A program made the position numbers and the translations under genes. This document shows, one piece after another, positions 28,290 through 41,474 of a DNA stretch of 64,000 nucleotides. Numbering within the stretch: the stretch's first letter is position 1; each line of letters starts with the position of its first letter. Source of the stretch: Octopus vulgaris (lineage: Eukaryota); contig OX597820.1 in assembly GCA_951406725.2 (NCBI GenBank), positions 31,930,001 through 31,994,000 on the forward strand, read 5' to 3'. The notes under the pieces were generated by a model. That model saw only the letters and a list, made by a program, of their open reading frames with translations. It had not been told where the DNA came from and made no database searches.

Positions 28290-28340
28290 TTATTTCGCGA
28301 ATGAGTCAGTAAGCATTGCTTACCACGTCACTTCCGGTAC
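28290..28340. promoter_or_regulatory. Candidate cis-regulatory cluster (AP-1 site plus overlapping ETS/CRE motif)
   Basis: TGAGTCA 28302-28308 and CACGTCACTTCCGG 28324-28337 in non-repeat sequence; consensus donor ACG|GTAAGT at 28188/28189. Confidence 0.3.
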
Positions 28341-28802
28341 GCTCTCATTCACGAAAATCTGCTAAATATACCTTGGCTGCTCATTCTGATACTCTGGCAT
28401 TCTGGTATTCTGGCAGCCTGGCAAAGCTTGCAGGCGGCGTTAGCTGTTGGCTCCTTTTCGCTGATGATTTCATAACACATCGTTTACCTACAGCTATACT
28501 ATGTGTGTGCATGTGTGTATATGCGTGTGCATGATTAAGACAGGTGTCGCTTGAATCAGCCGCGAACCGGATACGGCCGGTTAACGAACGATATATATTT
28601 CCGTTATTTCTGAGTACTTTTCCTTCATGTTTTTTTTTTGTTTTAGCTGGGTTTTTTTTTACATGAATATATTATGATAATTAGCTAAATTAAATTAGGT
28701 GGGTTGGTTGGTTGGTCAGTTGATTGCATGAGACGGTTGGTAACTTTCACTCGTATTCTTCACACGCACGTACAAACTCCCACACACACGCAAATCACAC
28801 AC

Positions 28803-28835
<33 letters not shown>

Positions 28836-28941
28836 TGTATGTATGTATGTATGTATGTATGTATGTGTGTGTATGTATGTATGTATGTATGTACGTATGT
28901 ATGTATGTATGTATGTATGTATGTATGTATGTATGTATGTA

Positions 28942-28974
<33 letters not shown>

Positions 28975-29117
28975 ATGTATGTGTATGTATGTATGTATGT
29001 ATGTATGTATGTATATACACGTGTCTTTATGCATATATGTGTGTGTGTATGTATATGTATGTGTGAATATATATATATATATATACATACAAACACACAC
29101 ATATATATATATATATT

Positions 29118-29329
29118 GCTCTTTTACTTTTTTCAGTCATTTGACTGCAGCCATGCTGGAGCACCGTCTAGAAAGATTTTAGTCGAACAAATTGACCCCA
29201 GGACTTATTGCTTGTAAGTCTAGTACTTATTCTATCGGTTCTTTTGCCGAACTGCTAAGTTATGGGGACGTAAGAACACCAACACCTGTTGTCAAGCGGT
29301 GATGGACACAAACACACACACACACACAT

Positions 29330-29378
<49 letters not shown>

Positions 29379-29430
29379 GACGGGCTTCTTTCACTTTCCG
29401 TCTACCAAATCCACTCACAAGGCATGTATG

Positions 29431-29500
<70 letters not shown>

Positions 29501-29770
29501 TATGCGACGTGCTTCTTTCAGTTTCCGTCTACTAAATTCACTCACAAGGCTTTGGTCGGCCCGAGGTAGTAGTAGAAGACATTTGTTCGGGGTGCCTCGC
29601 AGTGGGACCGAACCTGGAACCATATGGTTGAAAAGCAAGCATCTTACCACACATGGTTCCGGGTTCTGTCCTACTGTGTGACGCCTTGACCCGACCAAAG
29701 CCTTGTGAGTGAATTTAGTAGATGGAAACTGAAAGAATCCCGCCGCATATATATACACACACATACATGC

Positions 29771-29811
<41 letters not shown>

Positions 29812-30000
29812 TAACCGTCTTTGAGTTCGTATTTGTCTCCTCTACCACTTCACAGTCGATGTTGGTGTGCTTTCGTCTCTACAACTTTGTGGTTCGGTAT
29901 AAGGAACTGATAGAATAATTATCAGAAGATTTATCCGACTACAAAATTCTTCAAGGCGGAGCTCCGGTATGGCAATTAAAATATAGGAGATAAAACAAGC
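29118..30000. mobile_element. Two SINE family A copies fused head-to-head (- 29118-29650, + 29648-30000)
   Basis: The minus copy has a duplicated middle segment; junction cttaccacacatggttccgggttc. Confidence 0.85.
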
Positions 30001-30235
30001 ATAGAAATAAATAAATAAAATCCTCTTAAATGATAGATATGGAGCCAAGGAAAGCACGGGCAACCTTTTCGAGAAGAGGGCCGCAAGAGACATACCTCAT
30101 CATCCAGGGGCCTGATCAACTGAAAAAAAAATGAAAAAATTCATATTATTTTTTTTGTTAGGCTTGCCTTTTAGATAGTCCCGCGGGCCGCAAGACACTC
30201 TATGACTGGGCTAAGGCGTAACTATGGAGAAAAGA

Positions 30236-30367
30236 TGGCTGTGTGGTAAGTAGCTTGCTTACGAACCTTGGGCAAGTGTCTTGTACTATAGCCTCGGGCC
30301 AACCAAAGCCTTGTAAGTGGATTTGGTAGACGGAAACTGAAAGAAGCCCGTCGTATATATATGCATG

Positions 30368-30407
<40 letters not shown>

Positions 30408-30655
30408 TATATATATTTATATGTATGTGTGTTGTGCATATATGTTTGTGTGTCTGTGTTTGTCCCCCCAACATCGCTTGACAACCGATGCTGGTGTGTT
30501 TACGTCCCCCTAACATAGCGGTTCGGCAAAAGGGACCGATAGAATAAGTACTAGTCTTGCAAAGAATAAGCCCTGGGGTCGATTTGCTCGACTAAAGGCG
30601 GTGCTCCAGCATGGCCACGGTCAAATGACTGAAACAAGTAAAAGAGTAAAAGAGA
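30236..30655 (+). mobile_element. SINE family A with the B-box region deleted
   Basis: tggctgtgtggtaagtagcttgcttacgaa joined directly to ccttgggcaagtgtc; tail intact. Confidence 0.93.
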
Positions 30656-30664
30656 GAAGAAAGG

Positions 30665-30870
30665 TTGGTGTTGTGGAAGTTTAACCCTGGGCCGAATCTT
30701 GCTGAATAGAGGAGGAGCGGTTAGAGACATTCCAGCGATAGCCATTTCGTCTTTTCCCCTATTGTTTAAGGTTCCGATGGTCTCCCGCGAGTAATATTTT
30801 CTTTTAGATGGCAGAAGTACGATTTGAGGGACAGTCGGCTATTATTTCCGGTGGGTCAAGCGACCACGTG
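30665..30870 (-). mobile_element. SINE-like family B, degenerate
   Basis: tttaaccctgggccga...cattccagc...gatttgagggacagtcggctattatttcc...gtcaagcgaccacgt. Confidence 0.65.
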
Positions 30871-30954
30871 TGACAAAGGAGGGTGGAGTGGAGTTGATGC
30901 GAGTGGTAGTGAGAGGAGAGCCAAGCTGTCAATATACATTCTGCGTATTACATT

Positions 30955-31613
30955 TTACCTTTTTACTTCTTCCACCCATTCGACTGCAGCAATGCCAGAG
31001 CATCGCTTTAGAATGAATTTATTCTTTTATTCTTTTGCTTGTTTCTGTCATTTGACTGCGTCCATGCTGGAACACCACCTTAATGGGCTTTAGTCGAAGA
31101 AATCGACCCCAAGACGTATTCTTTGTAAGCCTAGTAGTTATTCTATCGGTTTCTTTTTGCCGAACCGCTACCCGCTAAGGTTACGGTGACATAAACACAC
31201 CAGCATCGGTTTTCAATCAATGGCGGGTGTACAAGCACAGACACACTTAAATATATATATATATTAATAAAATATTAAAAGGGTAAAATTAATTAATTAA
31301 TCAATTAATTAATGAATTAATAATTTTACCAAATAGATCGGCACGTTAAAATAACCTTTATTGGTAGAATTATACAAATATTCTATAATTATAAACATAA
31401 TTATAATTAGGGTTCAGTTAATTGCTTCACCACATACCGATTTTAGAAATAAGAGTTAAAAATTCCTTTTCTACTACCGTTAGAATCTCCCCCAAACAGT
31501 AACACACTTTTATTTTTTTACGTCGTACGGTAGTAGAAAAGGAATTTTTAACTCCTATTTCTAAATTCGGTATGACCCCTAATTATAATAATGTTTTATA
31601 ATTATAGAATATT

Positions 31614-31673
<60 letters not shown>

Positions 31674-31795
31674 ATACACACACATCTACCAAATCCGCTC
31701 GAGGCTTCGGTCGGCCTAGGACTATAGTAGAAGAAATTTGTCCCAAGCTGACGCACATAGTTAGGAGGCAAGCTTCTTAGCTTCACGGCTACGCC
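30955..31795 (-). mobile_element. Fragmented SINE family A (3' parts 30955-31250, 5' part 31685-31795) split by an inverted-repeat insertion
   Basis: Family A motifs on both sides of 31255-31660. Confidence 0.75.
31365..31623. repeat. ~100-115 bp inverted repeat, ~45 bp spacer
   Basis: ataccgattttagaaataagagttaaaaattccttttctactaccgt / acggtagtagaaaaggaatttttaactcctatttctaaattcggtat, plus an outer AT-rich arm. Confidence 0.92.
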
Positions 31796-32004
31796 ATAGA
31801 GTTAATGTGTTAACAATGTTGTGTTAGTGTTATCGACACCCGAAGGGCCGAAGGGTCGACCTGGACCGTGATAGGGATGCACAGGGATGAATTCAACACC
31901 ACAAGTCACATTATTTCCTGGCAATCCACCGGATCCGATTCTTTCCAACAAATTCTCTTCTTTCATTCTTAAATGTGACTCAAAGATGCAGCATTTATGT
32001 GATT

Positions 32005-32300
32005 GCTCAACATGCTAGAAACAGCAACCAAATTTTCCTCCATAGCTGATCGTCGCTTAGAGTCGCCTTGTGCTGCTTAGTGTCACCTAGTGTTACACAC
32101 TGAATAGTGTAGTGCTTGCATGATCTCTTCGAACGATGGAATGGTCACGGCTCGGTTGTCTTTGAATCATAGATCTACTCGATCAGAATTCACATAGGGT
32201 TAAACGCGAATAAGAGTAACAACATCAAGGGCAACAACACTGTAGTTGCTGAAGGTTTGCTCGACGTCCTAGAAATAGCAGCTAAATCTCTCCGAAATCA
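32005..32300 (+). mobile_element. SINE-like family B copy plus a second 5' fragment
   Basis: tgctagaaacagcaaccaaattttcctc...atggtcacggct...tttgaatcatagatctactcgatcag...ggttaaac. Confidence 0.75.
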
Positions 32301-32319
32301 ACAAACATATAACGATATA

Positions 32320-33155
<836 letters not shown>

Positions 33156-33160
33156 GTACA

Positions 33161-33239
<79 letters not shown>

Positions 33240-33365
33240 GAATGTAATTAGAGAGAGGGAGAGAGAAAAAGAGAGAGAGAAAAGGTAGAGATGAGAGACT
33301 ATACAAAACGTGCGAGAAAGAGAGGGAGGGAAAGAGAGTGATAGAGAAACATATACACAAAGTTA

Positions 33366-33376
33366 ATGATAACAAT

Positions 33377-33445
<69 letters not shown>

Positions 33446-33500
33446 TATTATTATTATTATTATTATGACGATAATAACAATAATAATAATAATAATGACG

Positions 33501-33558
<58 letters not shown>

Positions 33559-33620
33559 CGATAATAAATAATAATAATAATAATGATAAAGGTAATAATA
33601 ATAATCATAATAAATAAATA
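33366..33620. repeat. (AAT)n microsatellite with a short internal strand flip
   Basis: Directly visible. Confidence 0.97.
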
Positions 33621-34303
33621 GCATCGTTAAAAACGTAATCTGATGTCGCTTTAGTGGCGTTACTTATATTACAGATATGAATGATGTTTATTATACATAT
33701 ATATATTTATATACACGTGTGTGTGTGTGTTTGTGTTTGTGTGCGCGCGTGTGTGTGTGTGTGTATACACACACATATTATTCTTATTTATTTATCTTGT
33801 ATTTCTATTGCTTACAGTCTGACTGATTGTTAAGCAGCGGAGAATAGAAGGAAGAATGTGTGATGGTGGTGGAGGTGGTGGTGATGGTGGTGGAGGTGGT
33901 GGAGGTGGTGGTGAAGATCCTAGCCAAACACGCACGCACGCACACATACACACACATACTCACACACACTCTTTCACTCTCTCTTTCCTATTCACCCTCT
34001 GTCTTTCTCTCTTTCCATGTTCCCCCTCTCTCTCTCTCACACACTGTCTGTCTGTCTCTCTCACTGCCTATTCTATATGAAGACAAGCAAATTATTAAAC
34101 TGTATCCTATATTGCAATAAAAATACATTTACAAAATATCCGTCGTATTTAACCGTCATTAACGATACACACATAAGATCGCGTGCACATGCTCACACAC
34201 ACACAAAATACACACACGTAATTTTTTATATAATACACTCATTTACACACACTCATGAATGAAGGCAACGTTACAGCATATTCCCATCTTCTGTTCGTAT
34301 GTA

Positions 34304-35150
34304 CAGTAATGCCTCGATATACGAGTCAATTCGCACGTAAAGCGAAAACTCGTAAATCAGGGCAATAATTTCCCATAATAGCAATGTAATTCGTTCCCAG
34401 AAAAATATTTTACTTGTACACTTTATAATAGGCGCATGTATGGCTGTGTGGTAAGTAGCTTGCTTACCGACCACATGGTTCCGGGTTCATTCCCGCTGCG
34501 TGGCACCTTGGGCAAATGTCTTCTACTATAGCCTCGGGCCGACCAAAGCCTTGTGAGTGAATTTGGTAGACGGAAACTGAAAGAAGCCCGTCATATATAT
34601 GTATATATATATGTATGTGTGTGTATATATAACTGTGTGTCTGTGTCTCCCCAACATCGCTTGACAACCGATGCTGGTGTGTTTACGTCCCCGTAACTTA
34701 GCAGTTCGACAAAAAGAGTCCGATAGAATAAGTACTAGGCTTATAAAGAATAAGTCCCGGGGTTGATTTGCTCGACTAAAGGCGGTGCTCCAGCATGGCC
34801 GCAGTCAAATGACTGAAACAAGTAAAAGAGTAAAAGAATACCCGTAAACAGATGGCAATAAAACAACAGTAAAATGTACAGAATATTTTATGTAAAGTAA
34901 AAGGAATGTCAAAATCATTTACAATAAATAAGATATTATTATTATTATCGTTTTCTGCATCACTTTCCCCTGCACTAGATTCGTACATGCAATCACTTGT
35001 AGGCACGATCGCCGTTTCACAAGCACTCGTAGACGGACTTGTAAATATCTTTTTAAAAAACAAATCTAGAGTTGTTTGCTTAGGAACTTATTTTCGCTCT
35101 CTATAAATTTCTTGGGTAACACGCAGAAGCATTTGTTAGGGTAGTAGAAA
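34304..35150 (-). mobile_element. Tigger/pogo-like DNA transposon 3' remnant, interrupted by a SINE
   Basis: TA followed by TIR-like cagtaatgcctcgatatacgag at 34304. Minus strand reads QEIYRERK*VPKQTTLDLFFKK followed by an S/T/acidic tail, typical of Tigger C-termini. Confidence 0.7.
34431..34837 (+). mobile_element. SINE family A, full length
   Basis: A box tggctgtgtggt, B box-like ggttcattccc, CORE-like caccttgggcaa, (gtaaaaga)n tail. Confidence 0.96.
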
Positions 35151-35157
35151 TCCGTCC

Positions 35158-35244
<87 letters not shown>

Positions 35245-35390
35245 GATCGATCGATCCATCCATCCATCCATCCATCCATCTATCTGTCTGTCTGTCTGTC
35301 TGTATATATATATACACGTAAAATATAGGGTAGCGAGTACCAGTGGCCTAGCATGTATAAAAAGTCAATAGACAACATATTCTCAATATA

Positions 35391-35522
35391 AAATAGTGTA
35401 TATTTAAATACAAGAGAAAACTGCCTTTAACAAGCAGTTTTACACGCTAGTCATTTTGACTACTTCTTCTAGCGTGTAAAACTGCTTGTTGAAGGCTGTT
35501 TCTCCTGTGTTTAAATGTACAC

Positions 35523-35527
<5 letters not shown>
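35391..35527. repeat. ~60-bp inverted repeat, 18-nt loop
   Basis: aacaagcagttttacacgctag / ctagcgtgtaaaactgcttgtt pair perfectly; outer arms imperfect. Confidence 0.95.
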
Positions 35528-35581
<54 letters not shown>

Positions 35582-35768
35582 CCAAATTTGCTGCAGAATA
35601 GCGTCCGGAAAAAGCTCGCTACACGACACCGATCATGAAAGAACATCCAAATGTCACAGACCAGGCAAGACAACAGGCTTCGAAATCAACGAGAATGGTA
35701 AATATGTTTTTAACACACGGTGTCGTTTGGGGAGGTTTCTCCGGACGCTATCTTGTAGCAAATTTGGT
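35582..35768. repeat. ~50-bp imperfect inverted repeat, ~87 bp spacer
   Basis: ccaaatttgctgcagaatagcgtccgga...acgacaccg / cggtgtcgt...tccggacgctatcttgtagcaaatttgg. Confidence 0.88.
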
Positions 35769-35924
35769 GTATAAACAAAACACACACTATATATGTGCGA
35801 CTGATAATGTCGTACTACTGAAGTTGTTCATAATTCGTAATTTCATACGTATGTCATTATTCAGTTGTATTTCAAGGTTTCTTGCAAATAGAGAAAGATC
35901 TGGTTTCTAACCTAGATTCAAGGT

Positions 35925-36145
35925 TATATATATATAACCCAAAGAAACGAAGAAAAAGCACAAGAAAAAAACAACAACGCGAGGGCGTGGTACATGCAAA
36001 GTATTAACAGACGCTCAGGGAAGGAAAGAAAGGTATTTTTTACGTTTCGAGCAAAGCTCTTCTTCAGAAACAGGAGACAGAGGAAAGACCAAGAGAAAAG
36101 GAAGGAGGAAAAAAATCGCCAACGATCCACAGGTAGTTACATTTT
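35925..36145 (-). mobile_element. Penelope-LTR-like short repeat containing a minimal hammerhead (36037-36071)
   Basis: ttt-CTGAAGA-a-GAGC(ttt)GCTC-GAAA-CGTA^-aaa with a palindromic ACGT stem III; (TA)n flanks. Relatives at 32715-32780, 51735-51920 and 62060-62570. Confidence 0.8.
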
Positions 36146-36159
36146 GAAATATATATATA

Positions 36160-36558
36160 TGGCTGTGTGGTAAGTAGCTTGCTAACCAACCACATGGTTG
36201 CGGGTTCAGTCCCACTGCGTGGAATCTTGGGCAAGTGTCTTCTGCTAGAGCCCCGGACCGACCAATGCCTTGTGAGTGGATTTGGTTGACGGAAACTGAA
36301 AGAAGCCTGTCGTATATATGTATATGTATCTATATGCGTGTGTTTGTGTGTCTGCGTTTGTCCCCCTAGCATTGCTTGACAACCGATGCTGGTGTGTTTA
36401 CGTCCCCGTCACTTAGCGGTTCGGCAAAAGAGACCGATAGAATAAGTACTGGGCTTACAAAGAATAAGTCCCGGGGTCGATTTGATCGACAGAAAGGCGG
36501 TGCTCCAGCATGGCCGCAGTCAAATGACTGAAACAAGTAAAAGAGTAAAAGAGAGAGT
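36160..36558 (+). mobile_element. SINE family A, near full length
   Basis: Shares variants with 51968-52375 (gctaaccaac, caatgcc, ctagcattgc, gtcactt). Confidence 0.96.
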
Positions 36559-37439
36559 ATATATATATATATATAGTGTGTGTGATTTAAATTGCACTTA
36601 GATCTTCATGTGCACTCTTATTCGTCGAAAGAGAAAATTGTGTATTATGCTGCAAGTTTTTGCTCATTGGTCTTAATACTTAGCAAGGTCACAGCGAACA
36701 TTGAAAAGCAAGATGGAAAAGTCAGTTCATATATCGTTTAATTAGGTTTTCTTAGACGCGTTTTAGGGAAGATTGTGGCAGGATTATGAAATTCGAGCTG
36801 CGAAAGTTGTCCAATTCAATATAATTCACCACCAATTTCTGATGAAGTTAAGAAATAGAAAGCTTTCATAATCCAACCATGATAATCTTCACTGAAACAC
36901 GTGATGACGTAGTGTGTGTGTGTGTGAGTGAGTAAGTGCAATTTTATGCAGCCATACTGAGGAGCCACCTTGAAGATTATAGTCATTCACTTCTGAGCAC
37001 TCATTTTTCTTTAAAGGTCTGGCATTCATTTTGTCGATATCTATTTGGCAAACTGGCAAGTTCCAAGACTTAAGCAAAAGAAGCGTAAAATGGGACACAG
37101 GTATCGGTATATATCGAGTTCCATACAGTTTCCACTTATCAGTTTCACTCCTACCTGTGATGACAATAGAAACTATTTGCCCAGGGTACCACAGCGTTGT
37201 ACCTTGTGTAAATATCCCGAAACTCTGTATATACATGTGTGTGTGTTTTTGTATGTGTGTGCGCGCGTTTATACACATATGCGTGTGTACACATATGTGT
37301 GTATATCTGTGTGTGTATTTGTGTGTTTGCCTGATGTTATGGTGTGCGCGTGTAATCACGTTATACTGTTGAGATTAATAGACACCACCACCACCACCAC
37401 CACCACTACCAGTAACAACAACGATGAACGACAGTAGGA

Positions 37440-37625
37440 GCCGCTGTGTAGTCCTTCGACGTGCTAGAAATAGCAGCCAAGTCTCTATTAGTCTCAGAAA
37501 AAAAATGTAATGAGGTTATTTCGGATAATATAGTCGTTGATAAACTATGTCTTAATCAAAGACGTGATGGTCACTGATGGAACATAATTCTCCCATAGGC
37601 CTCTGGAATTAAACTACAACAACAC
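37440..37625 (+). mobile_element. SINE-like family B copy
   Basis: gacgtgctagaaatagcagccaa...gatggtcactgatggaa...cataggcct...aaactacaacaac. Confidence 0.75.
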
Positions 37626-38520
37626 AAAAGTAACAAGAACTTGTAGAACAGTGAACAATTCTAAGAAAGTCAAACAAAAGCAATGGGAGCTACCATTATG
37701 TCATCTTGAACTCGCCTCAATCGGTTCTACGTGCCTGACGAGACAGGTTCGTTTCACGAAAATACAAAAGTTTAAGTTGCATGGAGCTGAATTAAGAAGT
37801 TAGCAAATAACGCGCACGCACGCACCCACCGACACACATACACACACACAATAAGCTACTACACAATTTCCATCAACAACACACACACACACACACAAAA
37901 TGGGCTACAACACAATTTCCATCAGCTGCATCCACCCATAAGACATTGTTCGGCGACTATAACGGAAGAAAACAAGCCCCAACATGCCAAGCAGCAGGAT
38001 CGAAACTCGAAACCACAGTGTTGGGAAGCAAACTTCAGAATCACGCACTCGAATGGCCAAAGAAGAAAAGAATGAAAGCGAAAAATAAGAGTGCGGGACG
38101 GATTTGGATGGATTACTTTAAATGACAGATCTCAGCCTAGGGCTAAACAACAACGTCAACACAACGGCAAACAACAAAAACAAGGTCAGCAAAAGTACAA
38201 GGTCATCACAACGGGAATAATAAAAAGAACACATGGTCAACGTCGAAAACAAGAAGAAGGGGAGGAGGTGGTGGTGGAAGATGGAAAGAGGAGGAGGTGG
38301 AAGGTGGAAGGTGGGGAAGAAAGAGAACAGAAGGAGAACAGCTACAGCATCAGTTTATAAACTTCGGGTCAAGTAATACTGACCTTCCAGTGCGAACGTT
38401 GACCTGTGCGTGTGTGTGTGTGTGTGTGTGTCTGTGCGCACGCACGTATTTATATGCAAATAACTAAATAAATATGTGCATATGTGTTCATACATATATA
38501 ATCATATATGTATATATCAG

Positions 38521-38603
<83 letters not shown>

Positions 38604-38843
38604 ACACATACATACATATATATACATACATACATATATGCGTGTATTCATACATACATATATGCGTGTATTTATACATATATGCATATATATACACATA
38701 TATAAGGGTACACATATCCGTCTGCGTAAGTATATACATACATAGATACAACGCGCACTCACACGTATACTCACACACACGTACACACACACACACACAC
38801 ACACACATGTAGTATACATCAACAGATTCTTTTAATGCTCGTG

Positions 38844-38876
<33 letters not shown>

Positions 38877-39111
38877 GCGAGTGCTGACATTCGTCTTGTA
38901 GATTATAAGTGTGAATCTGTGCATGCTTATGTATGTGTGTGTGTGTTTGTATGTAAGGAGTAAGAATGTGTGTGTAAGAATGTGTGTGTGTATAGATATG
39001 TGTACGAATGTGTGCGTTTGTACAGCAGTTAGAAAACAGCGATTTGGAGGTCAAAGAGTTAAATTTCAGCAGCTTGGCAAATGACTGTAAGAACGATCAC
39101 AGACACAGACA

Positions 39112-39195
<84 letters not shown>

Positions 39196-39424
39196 TATAT
39201 ACAGACGGTATGCGTAAGTTTCTTTTTTCTTGCTCTCTTCTTTTATTAATATTAAGTATGTTAAGACAACAAGTAAACTTTTGTTAAATCCTCTTCCCAT
39301 TGGTTAAAACTACGGTGACGTCACATCAACTTTGACTCATGTTATGAGTACAAAACTTTTTCTCTGGTTTCAGGACTGTTTATAAAACCAATTCTGCGCG
39401 CATCACATGATTAACGTGCATACT

Positions 39425-39512
<88 letters not shown>

Positions 39513-39795
39513 GTGAGAGAGAGAGTAACAAGCACATAACTATACATACACTCATATACCGACTGAAATACACGCTGACATTTATGAAACACGTGGTATA
39601 TGAATGTGTATGTGTGTATGTACATGATATAGATAAATATACATGTATGTGTGTGTGTATATACATATACATACATATATATGTATATATATATATATAT
39701 ATGTATATATATGTGAGTACATATATACACACACATACACATGTAATTATGTATGTGTGTATATATATATGTATATACAGACACACGTGTTATAT

Positions 39796-39842
<47 letters not shown>

Positions 39843-39939
39843 GAATGTATGTATATATACATATACACATACATATGTATGTATGTGTATATGTATATAT
39901 ATATATATATATGTATATATGCATATATATATATATATA

Positions 39940-40210
39940 TATATTACATACACACTAAGTGGTCATCCATTATGCTAGATGTAGACCCCATATAGTCGAC
40001 CCCTAAGAAAAGATTGTTCTCAAAATTTAGCAAACGCCAGAACGTAAGCGACCAAGACAAATGAAGAGATACAAAATATATAGATTAATCACAAACCCGG
40101 TTTCAAAACCCGTTTGCTGAATTTTCTTGAGAACAATCTTTTCTTAGTGGTTAGACCATATGGGGTCTACATCTAGCGTAATGGTTGTCCACTTAGATGT
40201 ATGTAATATA
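39940..40210. repeat. ~95-bp inverted repeat, ~75 bp spacer
   Basis: gctagatgtagaccccatat...ctaagaaaagattgttctcaa / ttgagaacaatcttttcttag...atatggggtctacatctagc. Confidence 0.95.
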
Positions 40211-40341
40211 ATTTTTCTGAATCTTTTTCAATATGCTAGGCCACTGGTTTTAAATTGATATTAACCAAATTAATATTCAGTTTTTCACCATTATTATTTA
40301 ATTACACACACATACACACATATATGCATATATATACATAC

Positions 40342-40377
<36 letters not shown>

Positions 40378-40391
40378 ATGTATGCGTACAT

Positions 40392-40423
<32 letters not shown>

Positions 40424-40559
40424 GGTGAAAGGCAGAAAGGGGAGCGCAGGCTTGGGTGTTTGTGTTTACCAAGTCATTTTTTCCTGACTACGAGGCATGA
40501 AACTATTAGTAGTTCTTATTTAATATTTAAATGTATGTATTAAACGACACGCATACATA

Positions 40560-41158
40560 TGGCTATATTAAATCTCTGAGCGAGAAGGAAATAGTAGCCG
40601 TACGGAATCGTAAAATAAAATTTCCAACTAAATGTGGCAGTCCCATAGAGGAGTCCCATGCTACTGTTGTTTTTAGCCCCAGGAAGCCACCTCCTCCGGC
40701 TGGCTAACGACACACTGTCTGTATCCAATTAGTATTTGCGAGGGGGAAATCATTGTTTTCATCTCTAGCCTTTCGTGATACAAACAGACCCGGGATTCTG
40801 GGTAGTAACCCGTCATCAGTATGTGATAATCACGGGTTCGTGATGAAAACTTATTCCACACGCAAAATACTATATACTTTTTCCAGTGACGAAGTGTCGC
40901 TGATCTTGAACAAGGAGAAATATGCAATATTACTCCTCTGAGCAAGCAGTAAACAGTAGGAGTAGGGAATAGTAAAATGTAATTGCCAACTAAATGTAGC
41001 GGTCCCATAGAGGACAATGCTAGTGTTGTTTTTAGCCACAGGAAGACGTCTCCTCCGGCTGGCTAACGACACACTGTCTGTGTCCGATTAGTATTTGCGA
41101 AAGGAAAATCATCGTTCACGTCTCTAGCCTTTCGTGATACACACACCCGGATTTCACG
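40560..41158 (-). mobile_element. Retrozyme-like tandem repeat (~362-bp period, ~1.6 units) with a hammerhead at 40774-40834
   Basis: ccaactaaatgt at 40624 and 40986. Minus strand cgtgat..cacata-CTGATGA-cGGG(ttacta)CCCa-GAAt-cccggg-TC-tgtttgtatcacg. The second unit stops at its GAAA. Confidence 0.8.
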
Positions 41159-41390
41159 ATTCATTTTTATACTTATTCCATTTACCAAATACTTATTCCA
41201 TTTACCAAATGGAATACGTATAAAAATGAATCTTTTCAATCTTTTCAATTAAACTAAATTCTATATTTATATGCAGCTGAAGATTGCTCTACATTTTAAA
41301 ACTGATGTAATACTTGCAATGTTTAATTAAATGGCGTCGCATGAAACGATCGTACTGCATTATCTTTGGATATCTTTGTTGCTTATTTTG

Positions 41391-41425
<35 letters not shown>

Positions 41426-41474
41426 TTGTGTGTGTATGTGTTTATATGTGATTGTGAGTGTGTGTTTATGTTAC

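Noticed and set aside
30048-30210. Possible hAT MITE with gggccgc motifs
   Set aside because: The right TIR and TSD could not be established.
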